From positions 5,216,001 through 5,280,000 of the forward strand of contig OZ245002.1 of assembly GCA_965223415.1 (NCBI GenBank): DNA of 64,000 nt, read 5' to 3'. The notes beneath the pieces were generated by a model that was not told where the DNA came from, ran no database searches, and was given only the letters and a program-made list of their open reading frames with translations. Every line of letters begins with the position of its first letter. Position 1 is the first letter of the stretch. Position numbers and translations under genes: made by a program. Positions 9,282 through 17,882 of this stretch are shown here, in pieces. The stretch is from Myxococcota bacterium. GTDB lineage: Bacteria; Myxococcota_A; UBA9160; UBA6930.

Positions 9282-9977
9282 CTAGCGCCCCAAGCTCTTG
9301 ACGATCACCTCGGAGAGCGGCGTCGAGTGCATCGACTCCATGTCGCCGTAGAGGGGCAGCTCCTCCACGGTGCGCTTCAGGGCGTCCGGCGAGCCGTAGA
9401 GCCGTGCGGGATCCGTGTAGTCCTCGAGGCTGCGGAAGCGCTCGGCGACGATGGCGCGAATCGGCGGCGAGCCGGGCGTCAGCACCCGAGCCACGGCGTT
9501 GCGCACGTACTCCCAGCGCAGCGGGTGCAGCTCGAAGGAGGCGGGCGTGTGGATCTCGTGCCAGCCGTGGTAGAAGGCCTCGTCGGTCAGGCGCTCGGGC
9601 TTCGGGAACCAGGTGAAGTGGGTGACGCCCGGGCTCTGCGCGCCGTCCGGCCAGTCGCGATCCTCGCAGGGCTGGGGCACGGACTCGGTCACGAGGTAGC
9701 CGTCAACCCGGGGCGCCTGCTCGCGAAGCGCCGTCTCGATGGGCCCGCGGTCGTCGAGGCTTCGCATCCACAGGCCGACGGCGGCGGAGACGGTCGCGCC
9801 CTCCCCCATCAGGAGCGTCGGCTTCGGAATCGCTTGCTGGGTGTCGGCAAGGCTCACGTTCAGGGCCAGGGCCCCGGCGTCGAGCATGCGCGGCGCCAGC
9901 TCCTCGAGGAGATGGGCGCGGTAGGCGCCGATCGCCAGCCCGTCGCGCTTCCAGGTGAGGTAGATCAGCTTCTCCAT
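9282..9977 (-). CDS. EthD-domain protein (two EthD-like repeats)
   Basis: MEKLIYLTWKRDGL and FPKPERLTDEAFYHGWHEIHTP...YVRNAV are EthD-like patterns. Confidence 0.7.
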   Translation of the reverse strand: MEKLIYLTWKRDGLAIGAYRAHLLEELAPRMLDAGALALNVSLADTQQAIPKPTLLMGEGATVSAAVGLWMRSLDDRGPIETALREQAPRVDGYLVTESVPQPCEDRDWPDGAQSPGVTHFTWFPKPERLTDEAFYHGWHEIHTPASFELHPLRWEYVRNAVARVLTPGSPPIRAIVAERFRSLEDYTDPARLYGSPDALKRTVEELPLYGDMESMHSTPLSEVIVKSLGR

Positions 9978-9987
9978 CGGGCCCTCG

Positions 9988-10932
9988 CTAGTAGCCGCGC
10001 ACCGGGTCGACCGGGTTGCGGACCGGCTCTCCGCGCTCGACCCGTGCCACGTTCTCGGCGAAGAGCGCCACCACGTCCGGGAGGTAGGCGGGATACCCGC
10101 CGGCTACGTGGGGCGTGACGATCAGGTTCGGCGCCTCCCAGAAGGGGTCGTTCGGCGGCAGCGGCTCGCTGGCGAACACGTCGAAGGCGGCCCCGGCCAG
10201 GCGACCCTCCTCGAGGGCCCGGTGCACCGCCCGCTCGTCGGCGATGCCCCCGCGCGCCAGGTTCACCAGCCGGGCGCCGGGCTTCATCTTCGCGAGCCGG
10301 GCCTCGCCGAGGAAGCCGCGGGTCTCGTCGGTCAACGGGAGGAGGAGCACCACCACGTCGGCCTCCGAGAGCACCGCGTCGCTGCCTTCGGGGCCGAACA
10401 CCTCCTCCAGGGCGGGATGGGGCTTCGGCGTGCGCTGGGTCGCCATCACCCGCATGCCCAGGGCGGCTGCCTTCTCCGCGAGGGCCAGACCGATCGCACC
10501 ACAGCCGAGGATGCCCAGGGTGCGGCCGGCCACTGGCTCCGCCAGGAAGCGGGTCCAGGTGCGCTCGCGCTGGGCCTGCACGGCGAGGGGCACCTGCTTC
10601 AGGAGCGCCAGCACCAGCGCGAGCCCGAACTCGCTCATGGTCGGGGCCGCAGCACCGCGGTTGTTGGCGATTGCCACGCCCGGCGGGAGGCCCTCGGCGG
10701 GCACCACGTCGTCCACCCCGGCGCCCATGCACTGGATCAGCCGCAGGCGCTTCGCCCGGTGCCAGTGGTTGCGGGGCGCGCCCAGGGTGAGCAGGAACTC
10801 CGCTTCGGAGAGGCCGGCCACCAGCGCGTCCTCCTGCTTCCAGCACACCACCTGGCGGCCGGGAAACGCCTCCGCCAGGAGGGGCTCCAGCGCGGCGGCG
10901 AAGGCGGCGAAGCCGTGGACCATGGAGCTCAT
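9988..10932 (-). CDS. D-2-hydroxyacid dehydrogenase
   Basis: GILGCGAIG, VNLARG, FDVFASEPLP, TPHVAG. ATG 10932 lies 8 nt after a TAGAAT box. Confidence 0.93.
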   Translation of the reverse strand: MSSMVHGFAAFAAALEPLLAEAFPGRQVVCWKQEDALVAGLSEAEFLLTLGAPRNHWHRAKRLRLIQCMGAGVDDVVPAEGLPPGVAIANNRGAAAPTMSEFGLALVLALLKQVPLAVQAQRERTWTRFLAEPVAGRTLGILGCGAIGLALAEKAAALGMRVMATQRTPKPHPALEEVFGPEGSDAVLSEADVVVLLLPLTDETRGFLGEARLAKMKPGARLVNLARGGIADERAVHRALEEGRLAGAAFDVFASEPLPPNDPFWEAPNLIVTPHVAGGYPAYLPDVVALFAENVARVERGEPVRNPVDPVRGY

Positions 10933-11012
10933 CGCGGGCCATTCTATGGAAGGCCGGCCCCGTCCGCCCCGGGACGCTTGTGGAACCGGGGTCGGCACGA
11001 CACCTTCCCCCG

Positions 11013-12143
11013 GTGCGCTGGCTGACGAGACTCCTTCCGCTCCTTCTCTGGCCGGCCGTCGCGGCAGCGGACGTGGCGGTGCCCCTGCCTCCGCAGCCCC
11101 CCGGCGTCGCCTGGCCCGCCGCGGCCTGGCCCGAAGGCGAGCTTCCGGCCGAGGTGGACGACGACGCCGTATCCGCCGCCCTGGACACGCTCTTCACGAG
11201 CGTGGGCCGCGGCGGTGTCCCGGACACCCGCGCTGTCCTCGTCGTCCGCGGCGGGGAGATCGTCGCGGAACGCTATGCGGAGGACTTCGGTCCGGAGACC
11301 CGCTTCCACTCCTGGTCGATGGGCAAGAGCGTCGTCCAGTGCCTCGTCGGCATCCTCGTCCGAGAGGGCCGGCTGGAGGTGGACGCGCCGGCACCGGTGC
11401 CGGCCTGGGACGGGCCCGACGATCCCCGCGCTCGGCTCACCCTTCGCCACCTGCTGCACATGACCACGGGCCTCGACAACGCCGACGGCGGCGCCGACCC
11501 CGCCGCGTTCGTCGGGCGGCTCCTGTTCGGCCCTCTCGCCCGGGACATGGCCGGCGCCGCGGCCGACGTCCCCCTCCTCCACGATCCCGGCACCCACTGG
11601 GCCTACTCGACCGGAACCAGCGCGATCCTCGGCGGGATCGTCTCTCGCCTCACGGGCCCGGACCGCGGGAGCACGCGACGCTGGATGGAGCGCGAGCTCC
11701 TCGAGCCGCTGGGCATCCGCTCCCTGGTGGCGGAGTTCGACGAGCACCAGCAGCTCGTCGGGGGAAGCCACGTGTGGGCCACGGCCCGCGACTGGGCCCG
11801 GCTCGGCCTCCTCTACCTCCGCGACGGCGTCTGGGACGGCCGCCCCATCCTGCCCGGCGGCTGGGTCGACTTCACGCGCGCCCGGGCCCCGGCCGAGAAC
11901 AACGGCACCTACGGCGCTCACTTCTGGCTGAACCGGAAGCCGCGGGAGGACCAGTTCCAGCCCCTGCCCGGCGCCCCCGAGAGCGCCTTTCAGATGAGCG
12001 GCAACGGCGGGCAGTACGTCGCCCTGGTTCCGGACCGCGACCTCGTCGTCGTGCGGCTGGGCGAGATGAGCGGCACCGACTGGTCGACCCTCGGCCGCCA
12101 GATGGGGGCGCTCGTCGCGGCCTTCCCGGCGGTCATGCCGTGA
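11013..12143 (+). CDS. Secreted serine hydrolase (beta-lactamase/class C-like family)
   Basis: Signal peptide, SWSMGKS (SxxK), LLHMTTGL, WAYST, SGNGGQ. Confidence 0.9.
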   Translation: MRWLTRLLPLLLWPAVAAADVAVPLPPQPPGVAWPAAAWPEGELPAEVDDDAVSAALDTLFTSVGRGGVPDTRAVLVVRGGEIVAERYAEDFGPETRFHSWSMGKSVVQCLVGILVREGRLEVDAPAPVPAWDGPDDPRARLTLRHLLHMTTGLDNADGGADPAAFVGRLLFGPLARDMAGAAADVPLLHDPGTHWAYSTGTSAILGGIVSRLTGPDRGSTRRWMERELLEPLGIRSLVAEFDEHQQLVGGSHVWATARDWARLGLLYLRDGVWDGRPILPGGWVDFTRARAPAENNGTYGAHFWLNRKPREDQFQPLPGAPESAFQMSGNGGQYVALVPDRDLVVVRLGEMSGTDWSTLGRQMGALVAAFPAVMP

Positions 12144-12436
12144 AGCGCTTCGTCCTCGTGCTGCTGCTGGTCGCCGGGGCGGCCGGCGCCTGGTACCTGA
12201 CGAACCTGCGCGCCATGACCGACGTGGGCGCGGGCTTCGTCGCGAAGCAGATGTGCTCCTGCATGTTCATCGGCCAGCGCAGCTTCGCCTCGTGCCGGCC
12301 GGACATGCTGGAGTCGATGGACCCGATCGAGGCGGAGGTGCTGCCCGGCGGTGACGGCGTGCGCGCCTGGGTGCCGCTGTTGGCGGAACGCATCGCCCGC
12401 CATGAGGCCCCCTTCGGCTGCACCCTGGAGCCGTAG
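12140..12436 (+). CDS. Small membrane-anchored Cys-containing protein coupled to the serine hydrolase
   Basis: GTGA overlap with the hydrolase stop. Sequence [20 protein letters not shown]...[18 protein letters not shown]...FGCTLEP, 98 aa. Confidence 0.75.
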   Translation: MKRFVLVLLLVAGAAGAWYLTNLRAMTDVGAGFVAKQMCSCMFIGQRSFASCRPDMLESMDPIEAEVLPGGDGVRAWVPLLAERIARHEAPFGCTLEP

Positions 12437-12489
12437 CCCTCCCACCCGGCGCGCTCAGGCGCCACCCCCGGCCCTCCGATGCATCCCGC

Positions 12490-13839
12490 ATGGGAGAGAA
12501 CCCCTTCCCCGAGGCCCCGCCCACGGTCCTCCTCGTCAGCCGGGACCCGGAGGCGGCCAAGTGGCTCGATGCGGCTGTTGGCGGCGAGCTGCAGGTGCGC
12601 CAGGCCGAGCCCTCCGAGGTCGCCCGCGGCGCCACCTGGGTCGACGCGGCGGTCGCCGTCGCCCACTGGCGCGAGGAAGACGGCCCTGCAGCCCTCGACG
12701 CCCTGGGCGCCCTGCGCGAGCTGCCGATCGCAGAGCGCGTCGTGCTGGTGGCCGACGTGGAGCCCGCTGAGCTCGATCGCGGCCTCCAGGTCCTCCAGCC
12801 CCAGTGCTGGCTGCCGGATCCGCCTCCGGCGCCGGCCCTGGCCCGTGCCCTGCGGCAAGCCCTGCCCACCCGGCCCGGCGCCGGCGCCCGCCGTGGCCAG
12901 CGCCCGACGGCGGCCCTGCTCGGGGTCAGCGCCGCGCTTCGCGACGTGACCAAGGAGATCCGCCGCGTGGCGCCGACCCAGGCGTCCGTCCTGATCCTCG
13001 GCGAGACCGGCACCGGCAAGGAGCTCGCCGCGCGGGCCGTCCACGACCAGAGCACCCGGGCCGGCGGTCCGTTCGTCGCGATCAACTGCGGCGCGATGCC
13101 GGAGACGCTGCTCGAGAGCGAGTTGTTCGGGTCCTTGCGGGGCGCCTTCACCGGCGCCGAGCGCGACCGCGACGGGCTGTTCCGGGAGGCGGACGGAGGC
13201 ACCCTGTTCCTCGACGAGATCGGCGACACCACCCCCGCCCTACAGACGAAGCTGCTCCGGGTGCTCGAGGAGCGCGAGATCCGCCCGATCGGCGGCTCCG
13301 AGACCCGGCCGGTGAACGTGCGCATCGTCTCCGCCACCCACCGGGACCTGCCCGCGGCGATCGAGGCCGGCGAGTTCCGCCAGGACCTCTACTACCGGCT
13401 CAACACCGTCACCCTCGAGCTGCCTCCCCTCCGACGCCGCCGGGTCGACATCCCCTTCCTGGCCCAGCACTTCGCGGAGGCCTTCGGCGAGGAGAACGCC
13501 CGCCAGATCACCCTGAGCGACGAGTTCCTGGATGCCCTCTCCGCCTACGAGTTCCCGGGCAACGTGCGCGAGCTTCGCAATGCGGTGGAGCGCGCCATCG
13601 CGCTCACGCGGCCCGGCGAGGACGTGCCGGTCTCCGCGCTGCGCGCCGGCCCGACCGGCGGCGCCTCCACCTCGATCCCGACCGGTGGGGGCAGCCTTCG
13701 CGAGCAGGTGGAGCGTCTCGAAGTACAGCTCCTCCGGGAGGCCCTCGCCGAGCACGGCGGCAACAAGACCCGCGCAGCGGAGGCCCTCGGGCTGTCGAGG
13801 GTGGGGCTCGGCAAGAAGGTCAAGCGCTACGGCCTGTAG
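12490..13839 (+). CDS. Sigma54-dependent Fis-family activator (bEBP) with degenerate receiver domain
   Basis: [37 protein letters not shown] and a C-terminal Fis HTH. The N-terminal REC-like region lacks the acidic pair, phospho-Asp and Lys. Confidence 0.95.
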   Translation: MGENPFPEAPPTVLLVSRDPEAAKWLDAAVGGELQVRQAEPSEVARGATWVDAAVAVAHWREEDGPAALDALGALRELPIAERVVLVADVEPAELDRGLQVLQPQCWLPDPPPAPALARALRQALPTRPGAGARRGQRPTAALLGVSAALRDVTKEIRRVAPTQASVLILGETGTGKELAARAVHDQSTRAGGPFVAINCGAMPETLLESELFGSLRGAFTGAERDRDGLFREADGGTLFLDEIGDTTPALQTKLLRVLEEREIRPIGGSETRPVNVRIVSATHRDLPAAIEAGEFRQDLYYRLNTVTLELPPLRRRRVDIPFLAQHFAEAFGEENARQITLSDEFLDALSAYEFPGNVRELRNAVERAIALTRPGEDVPVSALRAGPTGGASTSIPTGGGSLREQVERLEVQLLREALAEHGGNKTRAAEALGLSRVGLGKKVKRYGL

Positions 13840-13871
13840 CCCGGGCCTCACGCGCGCCGCTCCGCAGCCAC

Positions 13872-13912
13872 CGCCAACCAGGTTGGCGAAGCCGCCGCCA
13901 ACACCGTGAGCG
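13872..13912. promoter_or_regulatory. Candidate bEBP upstream activator sites (two palindromes)
   Basis: Perfect CGCCAACC-A-GGTTGGCG (13872-13888) and imperfect copy CGCCAAC-ACC-GTGAGCG (13896-13912), about 145-185 bp upstream of a sigma54 promoter. Confidence 0.55.
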
Positions 13913-14056
13913 GTGGCGTCCTGGACGCGGCGCTGGGCGACTTCGGGCGGAGCTGCGCAGCGGAGATGCCAGGCGCGACGAATTGCGGCCACCCGGCGCT
14001 CCGCGCCCGCCGAGCCGCCGGGCCGGAGACCGCGGGGTTGCAGGCGCAGCTGCACG

Positions 14057-14072
14057 TGGCACGTGCCTTGCT
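14057..14072 (+). promoter_or_regulatory. Sigma54 -24/-12 promoter
   Basis: TGGCACG-TGCC-TTGCT is an exact match to TGGCACG-N4-TTGCW. Confidence 0.85.
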
Positions 14073-14081
14073 CTAGTCAGA

Positions 14082-14165
14082 GGTCACGAACCAACGAGTT
14101 CCCCCCCAGAGCCCCCCCGACGGACCCGGTCGCCCCCCAGCGGCCGGGTCCACCCCTTCTGGGGG
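14082..14165 (+). ncRNA. Putative sigma54-dependent C-rich small RNA (Pxr-like architecture)
   Basis: Starts at the expected sigma54 +1. Contains C7, C7 and C6 runs and a 12-bp stem GGACCCGGTCGC/GCGGCCGGGTCC (14122-14151) with a CCCCCA loop. No credible ORF. The downstream gene has its own TATACT box. Confidence 0.5.
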
Positions 14166-14188
14166 CGTGCGCGTATACTCGCGCGCCC

Positions 14189-15280
14189 ATGGCAGATCTC
14201 GAGCCGAACGTCGACGCGGCACAGCTGGCGCCCCGCGGCCAGCCCCTCCACACGCGTACGTTGGTCGTGGACGTGATGCGGCACGATCCGGAGACCCTGC
14301 GCGCCGAGGGCCAGATCCTCGACGTCCGCAAGTGCGGCTTCGTGCCCGGCGCCGGTGATCTCCAGACCGCGGGCTTCATCCACCTGATGAAGATCGGCCT
14401 CGGGCTCGACCGGGAGGATCTGCGCATTCGCCGCCTCGAGGTGGACCAGCCGACCGTCGCCTACGAGCCGGACGCGGAGACCACCGGCGGTGAGTGCTGT
14501 CGGGACCCGGCGCCGCGCCTCCAGGCGCTGGTGGGCGAGCGACTGGACGACCGCTTCGCCGCCCGGCTGCGGGAGGTGTTCGGCGGCCCGCTCGGCTGCT
14601 CCCACCTCCTCACCCTGGCCCAGCTGATGGGCTCGAGCCTGCCCCCGGGCCTGGAGCAGGACCAGGCGATCGCCCCGAAAGGCCTTTCGGAACGAAGGGA
14701 TGGAGAACGTCTCTTCAAGCGCACCCTGATCCTCGACGGCCTGGCCGCAGGGCCGGGCCACATGGAGGTGACGGCCCAGCTGAGCGCCTTCCACATGCGG
14801 CCGCGGGAGCGTGTGGACATGCCCCTCGAGCGCCTGGCCCGGCTCCACGAGGTGCACGTGGACGCCCGGATCGGCCTCGAGGAGATGCAGCTCGTCGCTC
14901 TCGACGCGGCGGAGCGCGTGCGGAGCTGGGCGAGCTTCGGGGACGAGTCCTGGACGTCCCGCGCCGACGCGGTGGCTCCGTTCGTCGGGGGCCCTGCCCT
15001 GCGCGGGCTCTCCCGGGCCGTGCTGGAGCGCCTCGGTGGTCGCCCCGAGCACGAGCTGCTGACCGACGTGCTGCTCAACCTGGGACCGTGCCTGATCCAG
15101 TGCCTGGCGGCGACGTCGATGGAATGGATGGCCCGCGCCGCGCGCGGGCCGAAGGATCCCGCGCCGGAGTCCGCGCGCAGCGGACCGGACATGCAGTCGA
15201 TGGGCGGCTTTCCGGACTCCTGCTACGTGTGGCGCCGCGACGGCGCGATGGGCCGACGACGGTTCGGGGGCGACGGATGA
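14189..15280 (+). CDS. DUF2889-domain protein (tandem domains)
   Basis: PLHTRTL, IHLMKI, GGPLGCSHLLTL, a second repeat beginning LFKRTL, and C-terminal DSCYVW. Confidence 0.75.
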   Translation: MADLEPNVDAAQLAPRGQPLHTRTLVVDVMRHDPETLRAEGQILDVRKCGFVPGAGDLQTAGFIHLMKIGLGLDREDLRIRRLEVDQPTVAYEPDAETTGGECCRDPAPRLQALVGERLDDRFAARLREVFGGPLGCSHLLTLAQLMGSSLPPGLEQDQAIAPKGLSERRDGERLFKRTLILDGLAAGPGHMEVTAQLSAFHMRPRERVDMPLERLARLHEVHVDARIGLEEMQLVALDAAERVRSWASFGDESWTSRADAVAPFVGGPALRGLSRAVLERLGGRPEHELLTDVLLNLGPCLIQCLAATSMEWMARAARGPKDPAPESARSGPDMQSMGGFPDSCYVWRRDGAMGRRRFGGDG

Positions 15281-15302
15281 TGCATCGGACGACGAGGGAT
15301 CC

Positions 15303-16202
15303 ATGACACGACGACAGCTCCTCGGACTGGCACTCGCGGCCGCCACCGTGCTCGGGTGTGCGGCCCTGCCGGCGGCGACGTCTTCCGCCGATGCTCGCGC
15401 CGCGGACGCGGTGCCGGCGCCCCTGCGCATCCTCCTCACGAACGACGACGGCGTAGACGCTCCGGGTCTCGCCGCCGTGCGCGCCGCCCTGGTGGCGGCG
15501 GGGCACGAAGTGGTCGTGGTCGCGCCCGCTGGCAATCGCAGCGGCAGCAGCGTGAGCATCACCACCGAGGGCACCCTGGCCGCCGAAGAGCGGGAGCCCG
15601 GCGTGTGGAGCGTCTCCGGCACGCCGGCGGACTGCGTGCGGGTGGCCCTCGGTGCCGTGCTGGACTCGCCCCCGGACCTGGTGGTGTCCGGCGCCAACTT
15701 CGGCCAGAACGTGGGCGGCGGAACCACCTCCTCCGGCACGGTGGGCGCCGCGATCACGGCGCTGCGCCTGGGGGTGCCGGCGCTGGCGGTGAGCCAGGCG
15801 GTCGACTTCCGCGATCCCCGCGCCACGCTTCAGTTCTTTCCCGACGCGGCCGCGTTCACGGCGCGCCTGGTCGGCGCCCTGGCCGCCCGTCGCGGGGAAG
15901 GCCCGGTGCTTCCGCTGGGCCTGATCCTGAACGCGAACCATCCCACCCGCCACGCCGATGCGGTGGCCGGCGTGCGGCTCACCCGCCAGGGCGCGACGGC
16001 GGGTTTCGACCTGGCCTACGAGCGCAACGACGCCGGCTTCGAGATCGGCTTCCGTCCCGACGTGCGGGAGGAGACCGTGCCGAACGCCGACATCTCCGCC
16101 CTCAACGAGGGATTCGTCACGATCACGCCCCTCGACGGGGACTGGACCGCTACGCCGAGCACGGGGGCGGATCTCGCGGCCCTCGTCGACGCGCTGAACT
16201 AG
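15303..16202 (+). CDS. surE: SurE 5'/3'-nucleotidase, exported
   Basis: RILLTNDDG, VAPAGNRSG, GTPADCV, VSGANFGQN, SGTVGAA. N-terminus TRRQLL...VLGC. Confidence 0.9.
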   Translation: MTRRQLLGLALAAATVLGCAALPAATSSADARAADAVPAPLRILLTNDDGVDAPGLAAVRAALVAAGHEVVVVAPAGNRSGSSVSITTEGTLAAEEREPGVWSVSGTPADCVRVALGAVLDSPPDLVVSGANFGQNVGGGTTSSGTVGAAITALRLGVPALAVSQAVDFRDPRATLQFFPDAAAFTARLVGALAARRGEGPVLPLGLILNANHPTRHADAVAGVRLTRQGATAGFDLAYERNDAGFEIGFRPDVREETVPNADISALNEGFVTITPLDGDWTATPSTGADLAALVDALN

Positions 16203-16229
16203 ACTGCCCTCCCGAACGAGGGAGGCACG

Positions 16230-17870
16230 ATGGCGGAGATTCACGGCGGGCAGGTCGCGGCGCGGCAGCTCGAGCTGGCGGGCATCGACACGATCTTCGG
16301 AGTGGTCGCCGGGCCCATGATCGAGGTGTTCGCCGGCGCGCAGGAGGCGGGCATCCGCTCCATCGGCTGCCGGCACGAGATGAACGCCGGCTTCGCCGCC
16401 TCCGCCTGGGGGTACCAGAAGCGCAAGCCGGGCGTGCTGGTGGTGGGCTCGGGGCCCGGCATGACCAATGCGGTGACGCCCATGCACGTCGCCACCGAGA
16501 GCGCGATGCCGCTCGTCGTCCTGGGCGGCTCGGCGTTCGCGAACACCCGCGGCGTCGGCGCCTTCCAGGAGGCCGACCAGACGGCCTTCGCCGCGCCTGG
16601 CTGCAAGTGGGTCGGCCAGGTCGACTCGACCGAGCGCATCGGCGAGTGGGTGCACCTGGCCCTCGGCAAGGCGCTCGAGGGGCGGCCCGGCGCCGTGTAC
16701 CTCGACTTCCCGGGCCAGCTCGTGAGCCAGCGCATCCCGGAGGAGAGCGCCGTGCTGCGGCGGCGGGCGCCGGAGCTCTTCCGGCCCCACCCGGACCCGA
16801 ACGCCATCGACCGGCTCGCCGATCTCGTGGCGGAGGCGGAGCGCCCGCTGCTCCTCGTCGGCAAGGGCGCCGGCTGGGCGGAGGCCGGCGGGGCTCTCGC
16901 ACGGCTCGCGGACCGCGGGCTGCCCTACGTGTGCTCGCCAATGGGACGCGGCGTCATCCCGGACGACCACCCGAACTTCGCGAACGCCGCCCGCTCCGCG
17001 GCCCTGGGCGGCGCGGACCTCGTCGTCCTGTTCGGCGGCCGCTTCAACTGGATCTTCGGCATGGGCCGCCGCTTCGCCCCGGACGCCACCCTCGTGCAGG
17101 TGGACGTCGAGGCGGAGGAGATGTTCTCCGGCGCGGACCTCTCCCTGGGCCTTGTCGCCGACGCCGCCGCCACGGCCGAGGCCCTGGACCGCGCCCTCGA
17201 CAGCCGGACACTCCGCTCCGAGGGCACGGGCTGGCTGACCGGCCTGCGGGAGCAGGCGGAGCGCAACGAAGGCGGAGCGCGCCAGGCGCTCGGCGACGAC
17301 GCCATCCCGATCAACCCCTACCGGCTCGTGGCCGAGGTTCGCGAGGCCCTGCCCCGCGACGCCATCGTCACCGCCGAGGGCGAGACGATCATGGGCATCT
17401 GCCGCGCCATGCTGCCGAGCTACGGCGAGCGCTCGCGGTTCAATGCCGGCACGACAGGCTGCATGGGCACCGGCGCGCCCTACGCGCTGGGCGCCAAGCT
17501 CGCCTGCCCGGAGCGCCCGTCGGTGGCGGTGCTGGGCGACTACGCCTTCGGCGCCGCGGCCATGGTCGTGGAGACCGCCGCCCGCGTCGGCGCGGCGCCG
17601 GTCTACGTCGTGGCCAACAACGAGGGCATCGCCGGCCACATGATCCAGGACCACATGCTGCCGCCGGACTCGCCGCGCATCGCGAGCCTGCTGCCGGCCC
17701 ACTACGAGAAGATCGGCGAGCTGGTCGACGCCCACACCGAGCGGGTGGACCGGCCCGACGAGATCCGCCCGGCCCTAGACCGCGCCCTCGCCGCCGACCG
17801 CGTGGCGGTGGTGCACGTGCGCTGCAACCCGAAGGCAACGCGCCTGTCCGGCGCCAACTACCTGCAGTAG
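16230..17870 (+). CDS. ThDP-dependent enzyme, 2-hydroxyacyl-CoA lyase/oxalyl-CoA decarboxylase-like
   Basis: GCRHE, SGPGMTN, GAFQE, NAGTTGCMG, GDYAFG...NN. Confidence 0.88.
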   Translation: MAEIHGGQVAARQLELAGIDTIFGVVAGPMIEVFAGAQEAGIRSIGCRHEMNAGFAASAWGYQKRKPGVLVVGSGPGMTNAVTPMHVATESAMPLVVLGGSAFANTRGVGAFQEADQTAFAAPGCKWVGQVDSTERIGEWVHLALGKALEGRPGAVYLDFPGQLVSQRIPEESAVLRRRAPELFRPHPDPNAIDRLADLVAEAERPLLLVGKGAGWAEAGGALARLADRGLPYVCSPMGRGVIPDDHPNFANAARSAALGGADLVVLFGGRFNWIFGMGRRFAPDATLVQVDVEAEEMFSGADLSLGLVADAAATAEALDRALDSRTLRSEGTGWLTGLREQAERNEGGARQALGDDAIPINPYRLVAEVREALPRDAIVTAEGETIMGICRAMLPSYGERSRFNAGTTGCMGTGAPYALGAKLACPERPSVAVLGDYAFGAAAMVVETAARVGAAPVYVVANNEGIAGHMIQDHMLPPDSPRIASLLPAHYEKIGELVDAHTERVDRPDEIRPALDRALAADRVAVVHVRCNPKATRLSGANYLQ

Positions 17871-17882
17871 GAGAAGCCCTCC

